64,000 nt of DNA. Origin: Phaeosaccion multiseriatum. Lineage: Eukaryota > Protista > Ochrophyta, other classes. Where the stretch lies: positions 434,001 to 498,000 of the forward strand of contig OZ218951.1 of the NCBI GenBank assembly GCA_965112735.1, given 5' to 3'. Positions 9,410-20,523 of the stretch are shown here, piece after piece (positions within the stretch are counted from its first letter, which is position 1; each line of letters opens with the position of its first letter). The notes under the pieces are model-generated. The model saw only the letters and a list, made by a program, of their open reading frames with translations, did no database searches and was not told the origin of the DNA. The translations under genes and the position numbers were made by a program.

Positions 9410-10399
9410 GTTCTTTTAGTATACCCTGAGAATATTTTTGCGGACATATTCGACTGGTGCCACACATGTCATCAGAAGGTTATTCCAACCAGGCAGCACA
9501 CCACACCGCTCGCTCTCCGCTGAAGTTCGAAAGGAGAATGAGGGACGTCTTCCTCGAAGTCGCAATTGCATGTGATCTTACCAATCGTGTAGTTGTGAAC
9601 CACAGTGTCCTCTTGTCGCATAGCAACGCCCTCTTCGTCGCTTGTACAGAGAAGGTCGCCCGTTTGCAATGCTCCGTTCTGATTGCAGACCCATATAGCA
9701 CTCTCTCCATCCGTACTAATCGTCACTCTTCGATCCTTCTTTTCCTTGTCTTTCTCAAACTGCAAGTTGCCAATCGCAAAAGTTCGTCGCTCATCCCCTT
9801 CGCTTTCACACGAAGAGAGTACTCCAAACACGGCCTTATCAGTTGCCTTCTGAGACAAAGTCACAACCGGAATGGCTTCGTCAATATCAATTGATGATTC
9901 CATTTGCAAATTACAATACTTTCCAGTCGAGCATACTACCTTTCCAACCGCATGGGATTCAAAGAGACCGTCATCTACTGTGCGACAACTATGCGATCCC
10001 GTGAAATTCAGCACTCCTTCTTTGAATTCCTCAGCAAACAGAACGGCGGTGCCTTTGTTGCTCAGAAACAACAGGTCCGACTTCGTATCGTCCTTCTGCC
10101 GATTTATGATATGCCAGTGAGTCTCGTTGGAGGAGTTACTCAACGTCATATAACTGTCGACCGTCATGTTGTTACTGACAGAAAGGTGATCTTCAATGTG
10201 CATGGTCTCATACTTGCGATCCACAATTTCCGCGAGAAGGTCCGCAGTTAGCGTGTTGGAGTTAATTGTGAGGTCCTGTGCCTCGATATGACCGAATACA
10301 ACTGACGAGTCCCCAATTGAATCCGAGTCTCTGCTGATAAAGCTAGATATGAGCGTTTCGTTGAGGAGGTAGTCTCCAATCTGGATCTGATCAATAATT

Positions 10400-11445
10400 C
10401 CATCACTGGCAAATATAGTTCCGTTCACGGTCAGAGTGTAATCCGCTGTGTCCGTGTTGATCCCCACATTTCCTTCCTCCTTTATGACAAGAGCTGTCTC
10501 GTCCTGGTAGCTGAAACGCGCCACGTCCTCCTCTGCGTACTGGTCCACGAGTAGCGCCACGTCCGTTCCAGTGTTCGAGAGGCTGAGCTGATCCGTAATT
10601 TCGGTGGCGGCATTGATGTGCGCGGTGTCTCCCTCTACGAGGAATTCTCCTGAGATGGAGACGTTCGAACTGACAATCGACTCGAAGTTGACCTCACCCA
10701 GGAATTTGGAAGTGTCCTCATTGATCAAGAGAGAGTCTCCGATCTTGATCTCCGTGGCAAACACGGTTCCGTCCACGGTTAGTGTGTAGTCCGCTGTGTC
10801 CGTGTTGATCCCTACATTTCCTTCCTGCTTTATGACGAGAGCAGTCTCGTCCTGGTAGCGAAAGCGCGCTACGTCCTCCTCTGCGTACTGGTCTACGAGC
10901 AGCGCCACCCCCGTTCCCGTGTTCGAGAGGCTGAGCTGATCCGCAATTTCGGTGGCGGCACTGATATGCGCGGTGTCTCCCTGTACGAGGAAGTCGCCTG
11001 AGATGGAGACGTTCGAAGTAGCAATCGACTCGTAGTTGACCTCACCCAGGAATTCGGAAGTGTCCTCAGTGATCAAGACAGAGTCTCCAATCTTGATGTC
11101 CGTGGCAAATACGGTTCCATTCACGGTCAGCGTGTAGTCCGCTGTGTCCGTGTTGATCCCCACATTCCCTTCCTGCTTTATGACGAGAGCAGTCTCGTCC
11201 TGGTAGCTGAAACGCGCCACGTCCTCCTCTGCGTACTGGTCTACGAGCAGCGCCACGTCCGTTCCAGTGTTCGAAAGGCTGAGCTTGTCCGTGATTGTCG
11301 TAGCGACGTTGATTTGCGCCGTATCTCCTCCCTGCACCAGGAAATCCCCGGAGATAGTGACGTTCGAACTAACAATGGATTCAAATTGGACTTCACCCAG
11401 GAATTCGGAAGTGCCCTCGTTAATGAAGAGTGAATCCCCGATGTT
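10400..11445 (-). repeat. Three 348-bp (116-aa) tandem repeats inside the fibre gene
   Basis: TCCGTGTTGATCC recurs at 10451, 10799 and 11147. Ends of the repeated region are approximate. Confidence 0.9.
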
Positions 11446-12129
11446 GATGTAGTTGTCCTCAGTGATGGTTCGCTCTGTTGTATTGTAAGGCAAGAGGACA
11501 ACATTGTTCGATCCTGTATTGACGATGTTCTCGCCCATGATGATGCTCTGTGACCCACTGTTCTGGATGGAGTTTCCCATCGCGATTGCTGATCCGCCTA
11601 CAGAGTAGGCATTGTACCCAGAAGCTATGTTGTAGTTTGTACTGTTGGTTTGCTTCAGATTGTTGTTGCGCCCGATGCTGATATTGTAGTGTCCGCTTGT
11701 GCTTCCCGAGAAAGAGTTCCCCTCACTTCCGAGAACAATATTGTAGTTCCCTTTCGTGTCGGTACCGGCTTTTGATCCGAGGAGAATATTGTATGACCCT
11801 GAGGTATAGGCACCGGCCGAAACTCCTTGAATAAGGTTGTAGGAGCCCGAGTTGTACTCCCCTGCTTGTGTGCCGAGCAGAGTGTTGTAATGAATAGACG
11901 TATCTCCCTCTGCCCCAAAGCCTGTCCGAGAGCCAATATACACATTATTTCCACCGCTCTGGAGGTTGTACCCAGAGTTGTGCCCCATCATCACATTTCC
12001 CGTACCCGAAAGCGAATGCGTGTATCCGCTGTAGTTGCCCAAGAAGATGTTGGAGTTCGTTGTTGTGGAAGAGTATCCAGCCTGGTGGCCTATAATGAGC
12101 ATGTTCTTGCCCGTGAGCAAGTTATACGC

Positions 12130-12365
12130 TGTGCTATTGTCCTATACAGTGTTGGTCATACATTCAGGGGTCACAGAAATATGAGTGTAACCTTCATGGA
12201 CACCCCTGACCCAGGGGGGATAGATAGAAAGCGTGTGGAGAGCACTCTTTTTCTTGCAAGCTCTAAGTGAGTAGTAAAGACTTAATACGGACACCGACGC
12301 CCCACCAGAGGCGCGGCGAATACTTGGTCCAAACCCCTTAAGCTTTTCTACGTCAGCTTAGCACA
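12130..12365 (+). repeat. 5' LTR
   Basis: Matches 17674-17909 except for one visible substitution (cctataCagt vs cctataAagt). Confidence 0.95.
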
Positions 12366-12491
12366 GAACTAGTTCTCGCATAAAGAGTTGCGAAAGAAGA
12401 ATAACAGCAGTTGCAGGAGTTCTGAGGAGACGTCCAACGAGACATCAGCAGCGACAGACATCAGTGCAGTCTTCTAGGGGAACCTAGGAGG

Positions 12492-15400
12492 ATGGTTACG
12501 CCTTCAGAGCAGGATAAGTATGACACCAGCGATTGGAGAGGAGATTGGCCGATTCTTAAAGGGCAGAAGACTCCGATCAGAGTGAACACCTTTGTGTATG
12601 GCTATGAGAGGTGCGCAGAGAGAATGAGACTCGCTAGACAGCAAGCTCGCATTCCCGACATGGCTACTTTGTTGGACCCTGTTCTGAGAACGCAAGCCAG
12701 CGTTGAGTTAAAGGTACAGGTAACAGAGCTGAACACTGAGAACGTGAAGAAATGGCTCAAGGATTGGTTGAAGGAACATTCTGAGAGCGACGTGCAAGGA
12801 GAGACACTTGCATCTATTGCCGACGAGATCACGATAGAATGTGCGAATCGTGAGAACGCCGGAGCGCTGAAGGAGGCTTTAATATATGCCCATACGGAGT
12901 TTTTGGGTATGATCAAGAACAGCTCCTTCAGCTCCCTCTTGCAGACGGAGGATGGCACTGCAGACAATTGGTGGCTGCCCAAAGATAAGGCGGCTACGAA
13001 GTCCATCAGGTTTGCTTTCAACAGTGTCTTGAACCGATTTGATTCCAATATGGTGAAGCTCATTAAAGATGCCGAGAGACAGTGGCAGAGCTCGATTGAT
13101 TGGGACAAGAACTACAAGCAGTGGTTTGAGCTCGTGATTGATATCCACATGGGGTGGGCTAATGCTCGAGCTGCTGCCGCGCGAGCGAATCTCACGGCGG
13201 AACAGGCCTTGCCCAACTTGAAGAAGACGGGAGGAGGCAGCTCTGCTAATTCTGGAAAGGGGGGAGAGCCCGCCTGGAAGAAGAAGAAGCAAGAGCAGGC
13301 GGCGGCCAAGAATGGTGCAGCTGCGAGTGGTGGTCCGGTTGAAGCAAAACCCAAGGAGGATGTTAAGCCTGCCGGAGGAGGGGGGGCTAAGGAGCCACGC
13401 CCTTTCTCTGGAAAGTGTCTTTCATGTGGGTTAGCCCACACCCTCAGGAAGTGCCCAACGACCTCCCAAGATCAGAAAGATCGGCTGTGGGCGGACTATA
13501 AGAAGAAACACCCGCACATTAAGGTCCTGGCATCAGCAGAGGCAGATGCAGGAGCCGTAGCAGAGGATGTGGAAGGGGAGAGAGTCACAGTTGATCTCGT
13601 CGCCAACCCATCTGAGACGGTGTCGGAAGCCGCACGGCTGAAGATTTCCGCAGTTTGGGACTCGGGCTGTGATGTGGGGCTGGTTATCTCCCGCCGAGAT
13701 GCAGACAAGTTTGTTGCGCTCGGGCGAGGTGGCGAGCTCACAGTCATTAAACCCCGGAGCCTCAAGACTGGAAATGGCCTGGTCGAAGCCACGCAGGTTT
13801 TGACAGGAGCGCATTTGTTGTTTGACTTTCCATGGGGGCCAGTGAGTACCCTTCAGATGGAAGAGAGTCTGCGCAATGCGTACGTGTTGGAGGAGATCGA
13901 CATGATGTGTCTAGGTCGTCCTCTTCAGAAGGCTTTTGGACTATCATCCATTCGAGCCCAGTTCGAGACGATGCATAGCGAAGAAGCTTTGCGTCGCGAA
14001 CGAGAGACTGCGGAGAAGGAGAAGGAGGCAGAGCCTCACAGCTCCAGCGCAGGTAGAGTGATGAGTCTCTTTTCGTCGGCTCCCTCAGAGGAGAGTGACG
14101 ATTTGTGTCCTGTTGAGCAGGGGACGGGCAAGACGCCCATAGTAGGATCGGTAGGAACCTACCACCTTAACAATGAAGAGATCAAACAGTATGACGGTGT
14201 AGCTGATACCATTCAGCAACCTGAGGACGGACTGCCGCCCACATACGAGAGCCTAGAGGCACGTTTGGGGTCAGTCGTCGACAATGCTATAGCAGAGCAT
14301 GATTTTCCCGAGCGGTTGAAAGAACCGATGCTGAGGGCACTACTGAAGTGGCCTGACGTGTGGCGGGATGAGTTACTGTGGGAGGACGGTGCTGCTAAGG
14401 TTGAGCCGATGAAGGTGCAGTTCAAGAGCTCTGAACCACATTCGCAGCTCCCTATCAAGCAACCCGGTCCGAAGGCGGCCTTTGTGCGCGAGTTCACCAA
14501 TAAAATGGTAGACAAGGGCTTTGGCTACAGCAACCCGCAGAGCGTGTATTCTAACCGAGCCTTCGCAGTGGGAAAGCCGGGAAAGCCCGGTAAGTACAGA
14601 CTGGTGTGTGACCTTCGGGCAGCTAACGCAAACACAGTCAAGGTTGATTTCGGTATGACTGACACGGAGACTATCTCTCTCGCACTGCGAGGGGCCAGAT
14701 GGTTTATTGAGATTGATGGCAAGGATTTCTTTTGGCAATTTCCGCTCGAGGAGTGGTGCCAGGAGCATTTCACTTACATAACCTCAGACGCAAAGGTGAC
14801 TCCTACGAGAGTACCACAGGGAGCCCTCAACTCAGCGGCATATGTGCAAGGTACCATGAGCGAGGTCTTTCGCGAGGAAGTCGGTAAGACTCACGCTGTG
14901 TACATTGACAATATCGCCTACTGGGCTATCGAGGGTGAGGAGCTGGTCGAGAGGACCGAACTCACCATGGACAAGCTTCACGAGAAGAACTTGAAGATGG
15001 GAGTCAGCTCATTCAGTTTCGGAAGTGAGTTGAAGTTCGTGGGCAGAGTGCATGACAGACATGGTACTCGTCACGATCCGGAGCGAATTCAAGGTCTGAC
15101 AGACTTGGGTACGCCGGAGACAGCGGGCGATCTGATGACGTTCCTGTGTGGAATACAGTGGTTCAACCGCTGGGTGAAAGATTTCGCACAGTGGGTGGGG
15201 CCTCTGTATGACTTGTTGAATGAGTGTTTGGGGGAGGCTAATGCCAAACCGCATCAGCACAAGCGCTCTAAGGCTGTGGCTGCAACTATTCAACTAGACA
15301 AGAGGTGGACAGCTGAGCATGACGCGGCTTTCTTGGGGATCAAGCGCGTGCTCGCAGAGAACACGGTGCGCGCTCACCCGGACCCTGAGCAGGTAGTACT

Positions 15401-17606
15401 AGTGTTTGCAGACGCCAGTGACCGCTACTGGGGGGGCATGATCGCACAGTGTAGACCCGAGAACGTGGGTCTTCCTCTTGACGAGATGGACATGGAGCCG
15501 GTCGCTTTCTGTTCAGGTGGCTTTGGGAAGCATGAGCTCAAGCGAGCAACTGTGGACAAAGAGGCAGATGCCACTTACCGGACTGTGATTCAGAATGAGT
15601 ACGCTTTGGTAGGGGCGAGGAAGGTATACATTTTCTGCGACCATCGCAATTTGGCTTTTCTCTGGTCTAACGACCCACAGTACCCGGGTCTGACCAAACC
15701 CATGCGAGAGCGGCTGCAGCGACAGGCACTTCGATTGCAGGCATTTGACTATACAATTATGCATTTGCCTGGCGACAAGCACTTGTGGGCTGACCCTCTG
15801 AGCCGTTGGCGCAAGAGGACGAGCCATGCAGCGCCTTGCGTGTTGGCTCTACGAGGCGGGAAATTCGGAGCCATGCAGGTCTTTGACATGATGGCGCCTG
15901 ACTTTCTTTGGCCCACGGAGCAGGAGATTGTCAGCGTTCAGCAGGAGGCCTTTGCAAAGCTCCTGGACGCTGGCAAAGAGGTGGGAGAGAGTGGTCGCCA
16001 ACTGCTTCTCTCACAGACTGGCGACGGCGGTCTGATTCGAGCAAAAAGTAGCACAGATGACGACGCTCAGCAGTCAAAGATTTGGATACCGCGTAAGGCA
16101 GAGGATTTGCGCCTTCGGCTCAGCGTAGTGGCCCACCAGGGGGGCATGGGCCATCGTGGGATGACCAACACGCTGGAAGCTGTAGGGAAGGACTTTGTCT
16201 GGCATGGCCAGCATGAGGATATCAAGCGCTTTGTGAACGAGTGTATTCATTGCCTTAGCAATGGCGTAGGGCTGCGCGTTCCTCGACCGCTTTTGGGTCA
16301 ATGGCATGCTACCAAGCCCCAGCAGATGATATGGTTTGACTATGTCAAGATGGGCAAGGGTATCATTTGGGTTGATGGACCTGATGGGTTCATGCAGATT
16401 CAAGTACAGTACGCGCTATGCATTTTTGATGACTTTTCGTCCTTGACAATGTACGAGCCGTGCTATGAGGCTACCGCACGAGGGTGCGCGCGGGCTTTGC
16501 TGAGATGGTTTGCTCAGCATGGCATTGTGCCTCGATGGCAGAGTGACAGAGGCAGTCATTTCCTCAATGAGGTGATGAGCGAGCTGAGAGCAATGTTGAG
16601 GTGTGATCATCATTTTGTGGTGGCACATGCGGCTTATAGCCGTGGACTTGGGGAGCGCGGAGTGCAAACGCTTCAGAAGCTTATGCAGCCGCTACTATCA
16701 GAGATGAGGGCGCTACCAGAGTCGTGGCCGCAGTTTCTGCCAGTGGTCGAGTCCATCGAGAACAGTTGCACCAAGAGCAGTCGTTCCAGCAAGTCTCCGA
16801 TTGAGCTGCATTCAGGCCATGTACCTCAGCGCCCTATCGACACGGTTATGCTTCATGATGCTGATCGAGCGCAGAAGGTGGAGTTGAAGCAACTCACCCA
16901 AGCGCAGGTCGACACGATGGCTGAGGGGCTGCAGCAAATTCGGGAGCAGTTACGTACACGGGTCGAGGAGCACCTCTCCAAGATCAGGGAGCGCAAGCGT
17001 GATGGCATCAACGCACGTCTATTGCAGGGGCGGCGTGGCGCCGAGCACAGGAAGGATCTTGATCGCGCGCGCGAGCTCGCCAGCGAGTCAATTTTCCAGC
17101 CTGGAGTATTTGTGACGGTGGCGTCAGTGGGGCCTACGAGCAAGGTCGTTGGCCGATGGCATGGTCCTTGCCGAGTGACTGAGGCTCTCGAGCACCACGT
17201 ATATCGCATTGAGGAGTTAGTGGGACAGAAGCGCACTTTGGACGTGCACATCAACCGGCTACGCTACTACTGCGACGGTGATGTCAATCTTACTACCGAC
17301 GTCCTCCACCAGATCTCACACAGCACTCAGAGTTTCGTAGTCGAGTCTTTTGAGGGGCTGGTTAGGCGTGCTGATGGCAGCTGGTTCTTAATCGTCAAGT
17401 GGAGAGGCTTCGACGCAGTCGAGAACAGCGAGGAGCCCATCGAGCAGCTTATGGCGGATACACCCCAAGCAGTGGAGCAGTATCTCGCCAAGCATCCGGA
17501 CAAACAGCGAATCAGCGCAGTCCGAGCCTACTTGCGGGCCCTCTCGGAGCGGAACGCAGAGCGGGTAGTAGCGCCCAAGCGCAAGCGTACGCGCAAGAAG
17601 CGGTAA
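12492..17606 (+). CDS. Gag-Pol polyprotein (Gag zinc knuckle, protease, RT, RNase H, integrase, chromodomain)
   Basis: CLSCGLAHTLRKC; WDSGC; YRLVCDLR/FWQ/PQG/YIDN; FADASD; H-H-CC zinc finger with D,D(SDRGSHF),E; WHGPCRV; VKWRGF...SEEP chromodomain. Domain order PR-RT-RH-IN is Ty3/gypsy. Confidence 0.96.
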   Translation: MVTPSEQDKYDTSDWRGDWPILKGQKTPIRVNTFVYGYERCAERMRLARQQARIPDMATLLDPVLRTQASVELKVQVTELNTENVKKWLKDWLKEHSESDVQGETLASIADEITIECANRENAGALKEALIYAHTEFLGMIKNSSFSSLLQTEDGTADNWWLPKDKAATKSIRFAFNSVLNRFDSNMVKLIKDAERQWQSSIDWDKNYKQWFELVIDIHMGWANARAAAARANLTAEQALPNLKKTGGGSSANSGKGGEPAWKKKKQEQAAAKNGAAASGGPVEAKPKEDVKPAGGGGAKEPRPFSGKCLSCGLAHTLRKCPTTSQDQKDRLWADYKKKHPHIKVLASAEADAGAVAEDVEGERVTVDLVANPSETVSEAARLKISAVWDSGCDVGLVISRRDADKFVALGRGGELTVIKPRSLKTGNGLVEATQVLTGAHLLFDFPWGPVSTLQMEESLRNAYVLEEIDMMCLGRPLQKAFGLSSIRAQFETMHSEEALRRERETAEKEKEAEPHSSSAGRVMSLFSSAPSEESDDLCPVEQGTGKTPIVGSVGTYHLNNEEIKQYDGVADTIQQPEDGLPPTYESLEARLGSVVDNAIAEHDFPERLKEPMLRALLKWPDVWRDELLWEDGAAKVEPMKVQFKSSEPHSQLPIKQPGPKAAFVREFTNKMVDKGFGYSNPQSVYSNRAFAVGKPGKPGKYRLVCDLRAANANTVKVDFGMTDTETISLALRGARWFIEIDGKDFFWQFPLEEWCQEHFTYITSDAKVTPTRVPQGALNSAAYVQGTMSEVFREEVGKTHAVYIDNIAYWAIEGEELVERTELTMDKLHEKNLKMGVSSFSFGSELKFVGRVHDRHGTRHDPERIQGLTDLGTPETAGDLMTFLCGIQWFNRWVKDFAQWVGPLYDLLNECLGEANAKPHQHKRSKAVAATIQLDKRWTAEHDAAFLGIKRVLAENTVRAHPDPEQVVLVFADASDRYWGGMIAQCRPENVGLPLDEMDMEPVAFCSGGFGKHELKRATVDKEADATYRTVIQNEYALVGARKVYIFCDHRNLAFLWSNDPQYPGLTKPMRERLQRQALRLQAFDYTIMHLPGDKHLWADPLSRWRKRTSHAAPCVLALRGGKFGAMQVFDMMAPDFLWPTEQEIVSVQQEAFAKLLDAGKEVGESGRQLLLSQTGDGGLIRAKSSTDDDAQQSKIWIPRKAEDLRLRLSVVAHQGGMGHRGMTNTLEAVGKDFVWHGQHEDIKRFVNECIHCLSNGVGLRVPRPLLGQWHATKPQQMIWFDYVKMGKGIIWVDGPDGFMQIQVQYALCIFDDFSSLTMYEPCYEATARGCARALLRWFAQHGIVPRWQSDRGSHFLNEVMSELRAMLRCDHHFVVAHAAYSRGLGERGVQTLQKLMQPLLSEMRALPESWPQFLPVVESIENSCTKSSRSSKSPIELHSGHVPQRPIDTVMLHDADRAQKVELKQLTQAQVDTMAEGLQQIREQLRTRVEEHLSKIRERKRDGINARLLQGRRGAEHRKDLDRARELASESIFQPGVFVTVASVGPTSKVVGRWHGPCRVTEALEHHVYRIEELVGQKRTLDVHINRLRYYCDGDVNLTTDVLHQISHSTQSFVVESFEGLVRRADGSWFLIVKWRGFDAVENSEEPIEQLMADTPQAVEQYLAKHPDKQRISAVRAYLRALSERNAERVVAPKRKRTRKKR

Positions 17607-17673
17607 GCGTTGTGTTAGGTACTGGGATAGTTTCTTTCCTCTTTTGACGGCTCGGGCTGTCGCTTGGGGGTAG

Positions 17674-17909
17674 TGTGCTATTGTCCTATAAAGTGTTGGT
17701 CATACATTCAGGGGTCACAGAAATATGAGTGTAACCTTCATGGACACCCCTGACCCAGGGGGGATAGATAGAAAGCGTGTGGAGAGCACTCTTTTTCTTG
17801 CAAGCTCTAAGTGAGTAGTAAAGACTTAATACGGACACCGACGCCCCACCAGAGGCGCGGCGAATACTTGGTCCAAACCCCTTAAGCTTTTCTACGTCAG
17901 CTTAGCACA
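17674..17909 (+). repeat. 3' LTR
   Basis: Preceded by GGGGGTAG polypurine tract; ends TAGCACA followed by the TSD ACGC. Confidence 0.95.
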
Positions 17910-18270
17910 ACGCCGCATTATATCCCAATACCGTATTGAACTGACCTTCGCTGTCAGGAGCCGCATTTTGGCCAATGATACTCGAACTGTTTTCAGTCAA
18001 ACTAATGCTTGTCAAGTCATCTGACACCAAATCACCCCACGTGTATCCGTCTGTAGTGAGACGGTTTATTTGGGAAACCTGTGTCATCTTTGTGCTACTT
18101 GAAAAGCGTCAGAGGACCTGCAAAGACCAGCGCCAGCAGGTACCTTTATTTCTACAAAGAGGATCTTTTTGTGTGGGCCTACAGCCACCCGAAGTCGTAA
18201 ATGGAACGGGTGCCGTCGGAGGAGGTGTGTCATTGCGTATCTCCTCGGCTGAAGAATACGCGCATCTCTC

Positions 18271-20406
18271 CGAGTGATTCGGGACAAACCACGACTTCGA
18301 GCGCATTTGGCCGACCATTTCGTGGAATTTACACTTCCGGTCGAAGCCATGATATGAGGCCTCGTGTACCGCTGGTCTACCGTGTTTGGCACCCTGAGAC
18401 GTAGTTTGGGATCCCTACGCCCCTGCGACGGGATGGTGGAGTGGTTCGAGTGATTCGGGACAAACCACGACTTCGAGCGCATTTGGCCGACCATTTCGTG
18501 GAATTTACACTTCCGGTCCGAGCCATGGTGTAAGGCCTCGTGTACCGCTGGTCTACCGTGTTTGGCACCCTGAGACGTAGTTTGGGATCCGTACGCCCCT
18601 GCGACGGGATGGTGGAGTGGTTCGAGTGATTCGGGACAAACCACGACTTCGAGCGCATTTTGCCGACCATTTCGTGGAATTTACACTTCCGGTCCGAGCC
18701 ATGATATGAGGCCTCGTGTACCGCTGGTCTACCGTGTTTGGCACCTCGAGACGTAGTTTGGGATCCGTACGCCCCTGCGACGGGATGGTGGAGTGGTTCG
18801 AGTGATTCGGGACAAACCACGACTTCGAGCGCATTTGGCCGACCATTTCGTGGAATTTACACTTCCGGTCCAAGCCATGATATGAGGCCGCGTGTACCGC
18901 TGGTCTACCGTGTTTGACACCTTGAGACGTAGTTTGGGATCCCTACGCTCCTGCGACGGGATGGTGGAGTGGTTCGAGTGATTCGGGACAAACCACAACT
19001 TCGAGCGCATTTGGCCGACCATTTCGTGGAATTTACACTTCCGGTCCAAGCCATGATATGAGGCCTCGTGTACCGCTGGTCTACCGTGTTTGGCACCCTG
19101 AGACGTAGTTTGGGATCCGTACGCCCCTGCGACGGGATGGTGGAGTGGTTCGAGTGATTCGGGACAAACCACGACTTCGAGCGCATTTGGCCGACCATTT
19201 CGTGGAATTTACACTTCCGGTCCGAGCCATGGTATGAGGCCTCGTGTACCGCTGGTCTACCGTGTTTGGCACCCTGAGACGTATTTTGGGATCCCTACGC
19301 TCCTGCGACGGGATGGTGGAGTGGTTCGCGTGATTCGGGACAAACCACGACTTCGAGCGCATTTGGCCGACCATTTCGTGGAATTTACACTTCCGGTCCA
19401 AGCCATGATATGAGGCCTCGTGTACCGCTGGTCTACCGTGTTTGACACCCTGAGACGTAGTTTGGGATCCCTACGCCCCTGCGACGGGATGGTGGAGTGG
19501 TTCGAGTGATTCGGGACAAACCACGACTTCGAGCGCATTTGGCCGACCATTTCGTGGAATTTACACTTCCGGTCCGAGCCATGATATGAGGCCGCGTGTA
19601 CCGCTGGTCTACCGTGTTTGGCACCCTGAGACGTAGTTTGGGATCCCTACGCCCCTGCGACGGGATGGTGGAGTGGTTCGAGTGATTCGGGACAAACCAC
19701 GACTTCGAGCGCATTTGGCCGACCATTTCGTGGAATTTACACTTCCGGTCCGAGCCATGATATGAGGCCTCGTGTACCGCTGGTCTACCGTGTTTGGCAC
19801 CTCGAGACGTATTTTGGGATCCGTACGCTCTTGCGACGGGATGGTGGAGTGGTTCGCGTGATTCGGGACAAACCACGACTTCGAGCGCATTTGGCCGACC
19901 ATTTCGTGGAATTTACACTTCCGGTCCGAGCCATGATATGAGGCCTCGTGTACCGCTGGTCTACCGTGTTTGGCACCCTGAGACGTAGTTTGGGATCCCT
20001 ACGCTCCTGCGACGAGATGGTGGAGTGGTTCGAGTGATTCGGGACAAACCACAACTTCGAGCGCATTTGGCCGACCATTTCGTGGAATTTACACTTCCGG
20101 TCCAAGCCATGATATGAGGCCTCGTGTACCGCTGGTCTACCGTGTTTGGCACCCTGAGACGTAGTTTGGGATCCGTACGCCCCTGCGACGGGATGGTGGA
20201 GTGGTTCGAGTGATTCGGGACAAACCACGACTTCGAGCGCATTTTGCCGACCATTTCGTGGAATTTACACTTCCGGTCCGAGCCATGATATGAGGCCTCG
20301 TGTACCGCTGGTCTACCGTGTTTGGCACCTCGAGACGTATTTTGGGATCCGTACGCCCCTGCGACGGGATGGTGGAGTGGTTCGCGTGATTCGGGTCAAA
20401 ACCACG
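18271..20406. repeat. Tandem array of a 176-bp unit, 12 full copies plus a partial 13th
   Basis: Units start at 18271 + 176k up to 20383 with no length variation. One GGATCC per unit; few substitutions. Confidence 0.97.
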
Positions 20407-20523
20407 GTCTCGTGCCAGCTCACAAAGTGTCCTGAGACACACTTACTCCACCAGCTTAAGGCTCTGACGTGTTACATCAGATATAATAAGAAAAAGGGGG
20501 GTATCTCAAGCCCTCGTTCCATC

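Larger units (their letters stand above)
12130..17909 (+). mobile_element. Full-length Ty3/gypsy LTR retrotransposon with chromodomain integrase
   Basis: Paired 236-bp LTRs (TGTGCTA...TAGCACA), 4-bp TSD ACGC (12126-12129 and 17910-17913), G-rich PPT before the 3' LTR and a single gag-pol ORF. Confidence 0.97.
9472..18087 (-). pseudogene. Viral fibre/adhesin-like gene (about 944 aa) split by an LTR retrotransposon
   Basis: Removing 12130-17909 plus one ACGC copy joins 18087-17910 (MTQVSQ...FNTVLGYNAA) in frame to YNLLTGKNMLIIGHQAG... The protein has Gly/Asn-rich G-x-x-A-G repeats, GNVGINT fibre motifs and a C-terminal FTGSH...GESAIWV...GDLLCTS domain. Confidence 0.85.

Noticed and set aside
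9472-17909. Diversity-generating retroelement (RT next to a fibre gene with repeats)
   Set aside because: The RT is part of a Ty3/gypsy polyprotein with LTRs and TSD, and I see no adenine-specific TR/VR pair.
18271-20406. CRISPR array or repeat-protein ORFs in the 176-bp array
   Set aside because: Units are near-identical over their whole length with no unique spacers and no cas genes. The overlapping ORFs shift frame each unit because 176 is not divisible by 3.
20290-20523. Extended aquaporin N-terminus starting inside the tandem array
   Set aside because: The upstream start is within the last repeat unit; the ATG at 20524 after an A-rich leader is more plausible.
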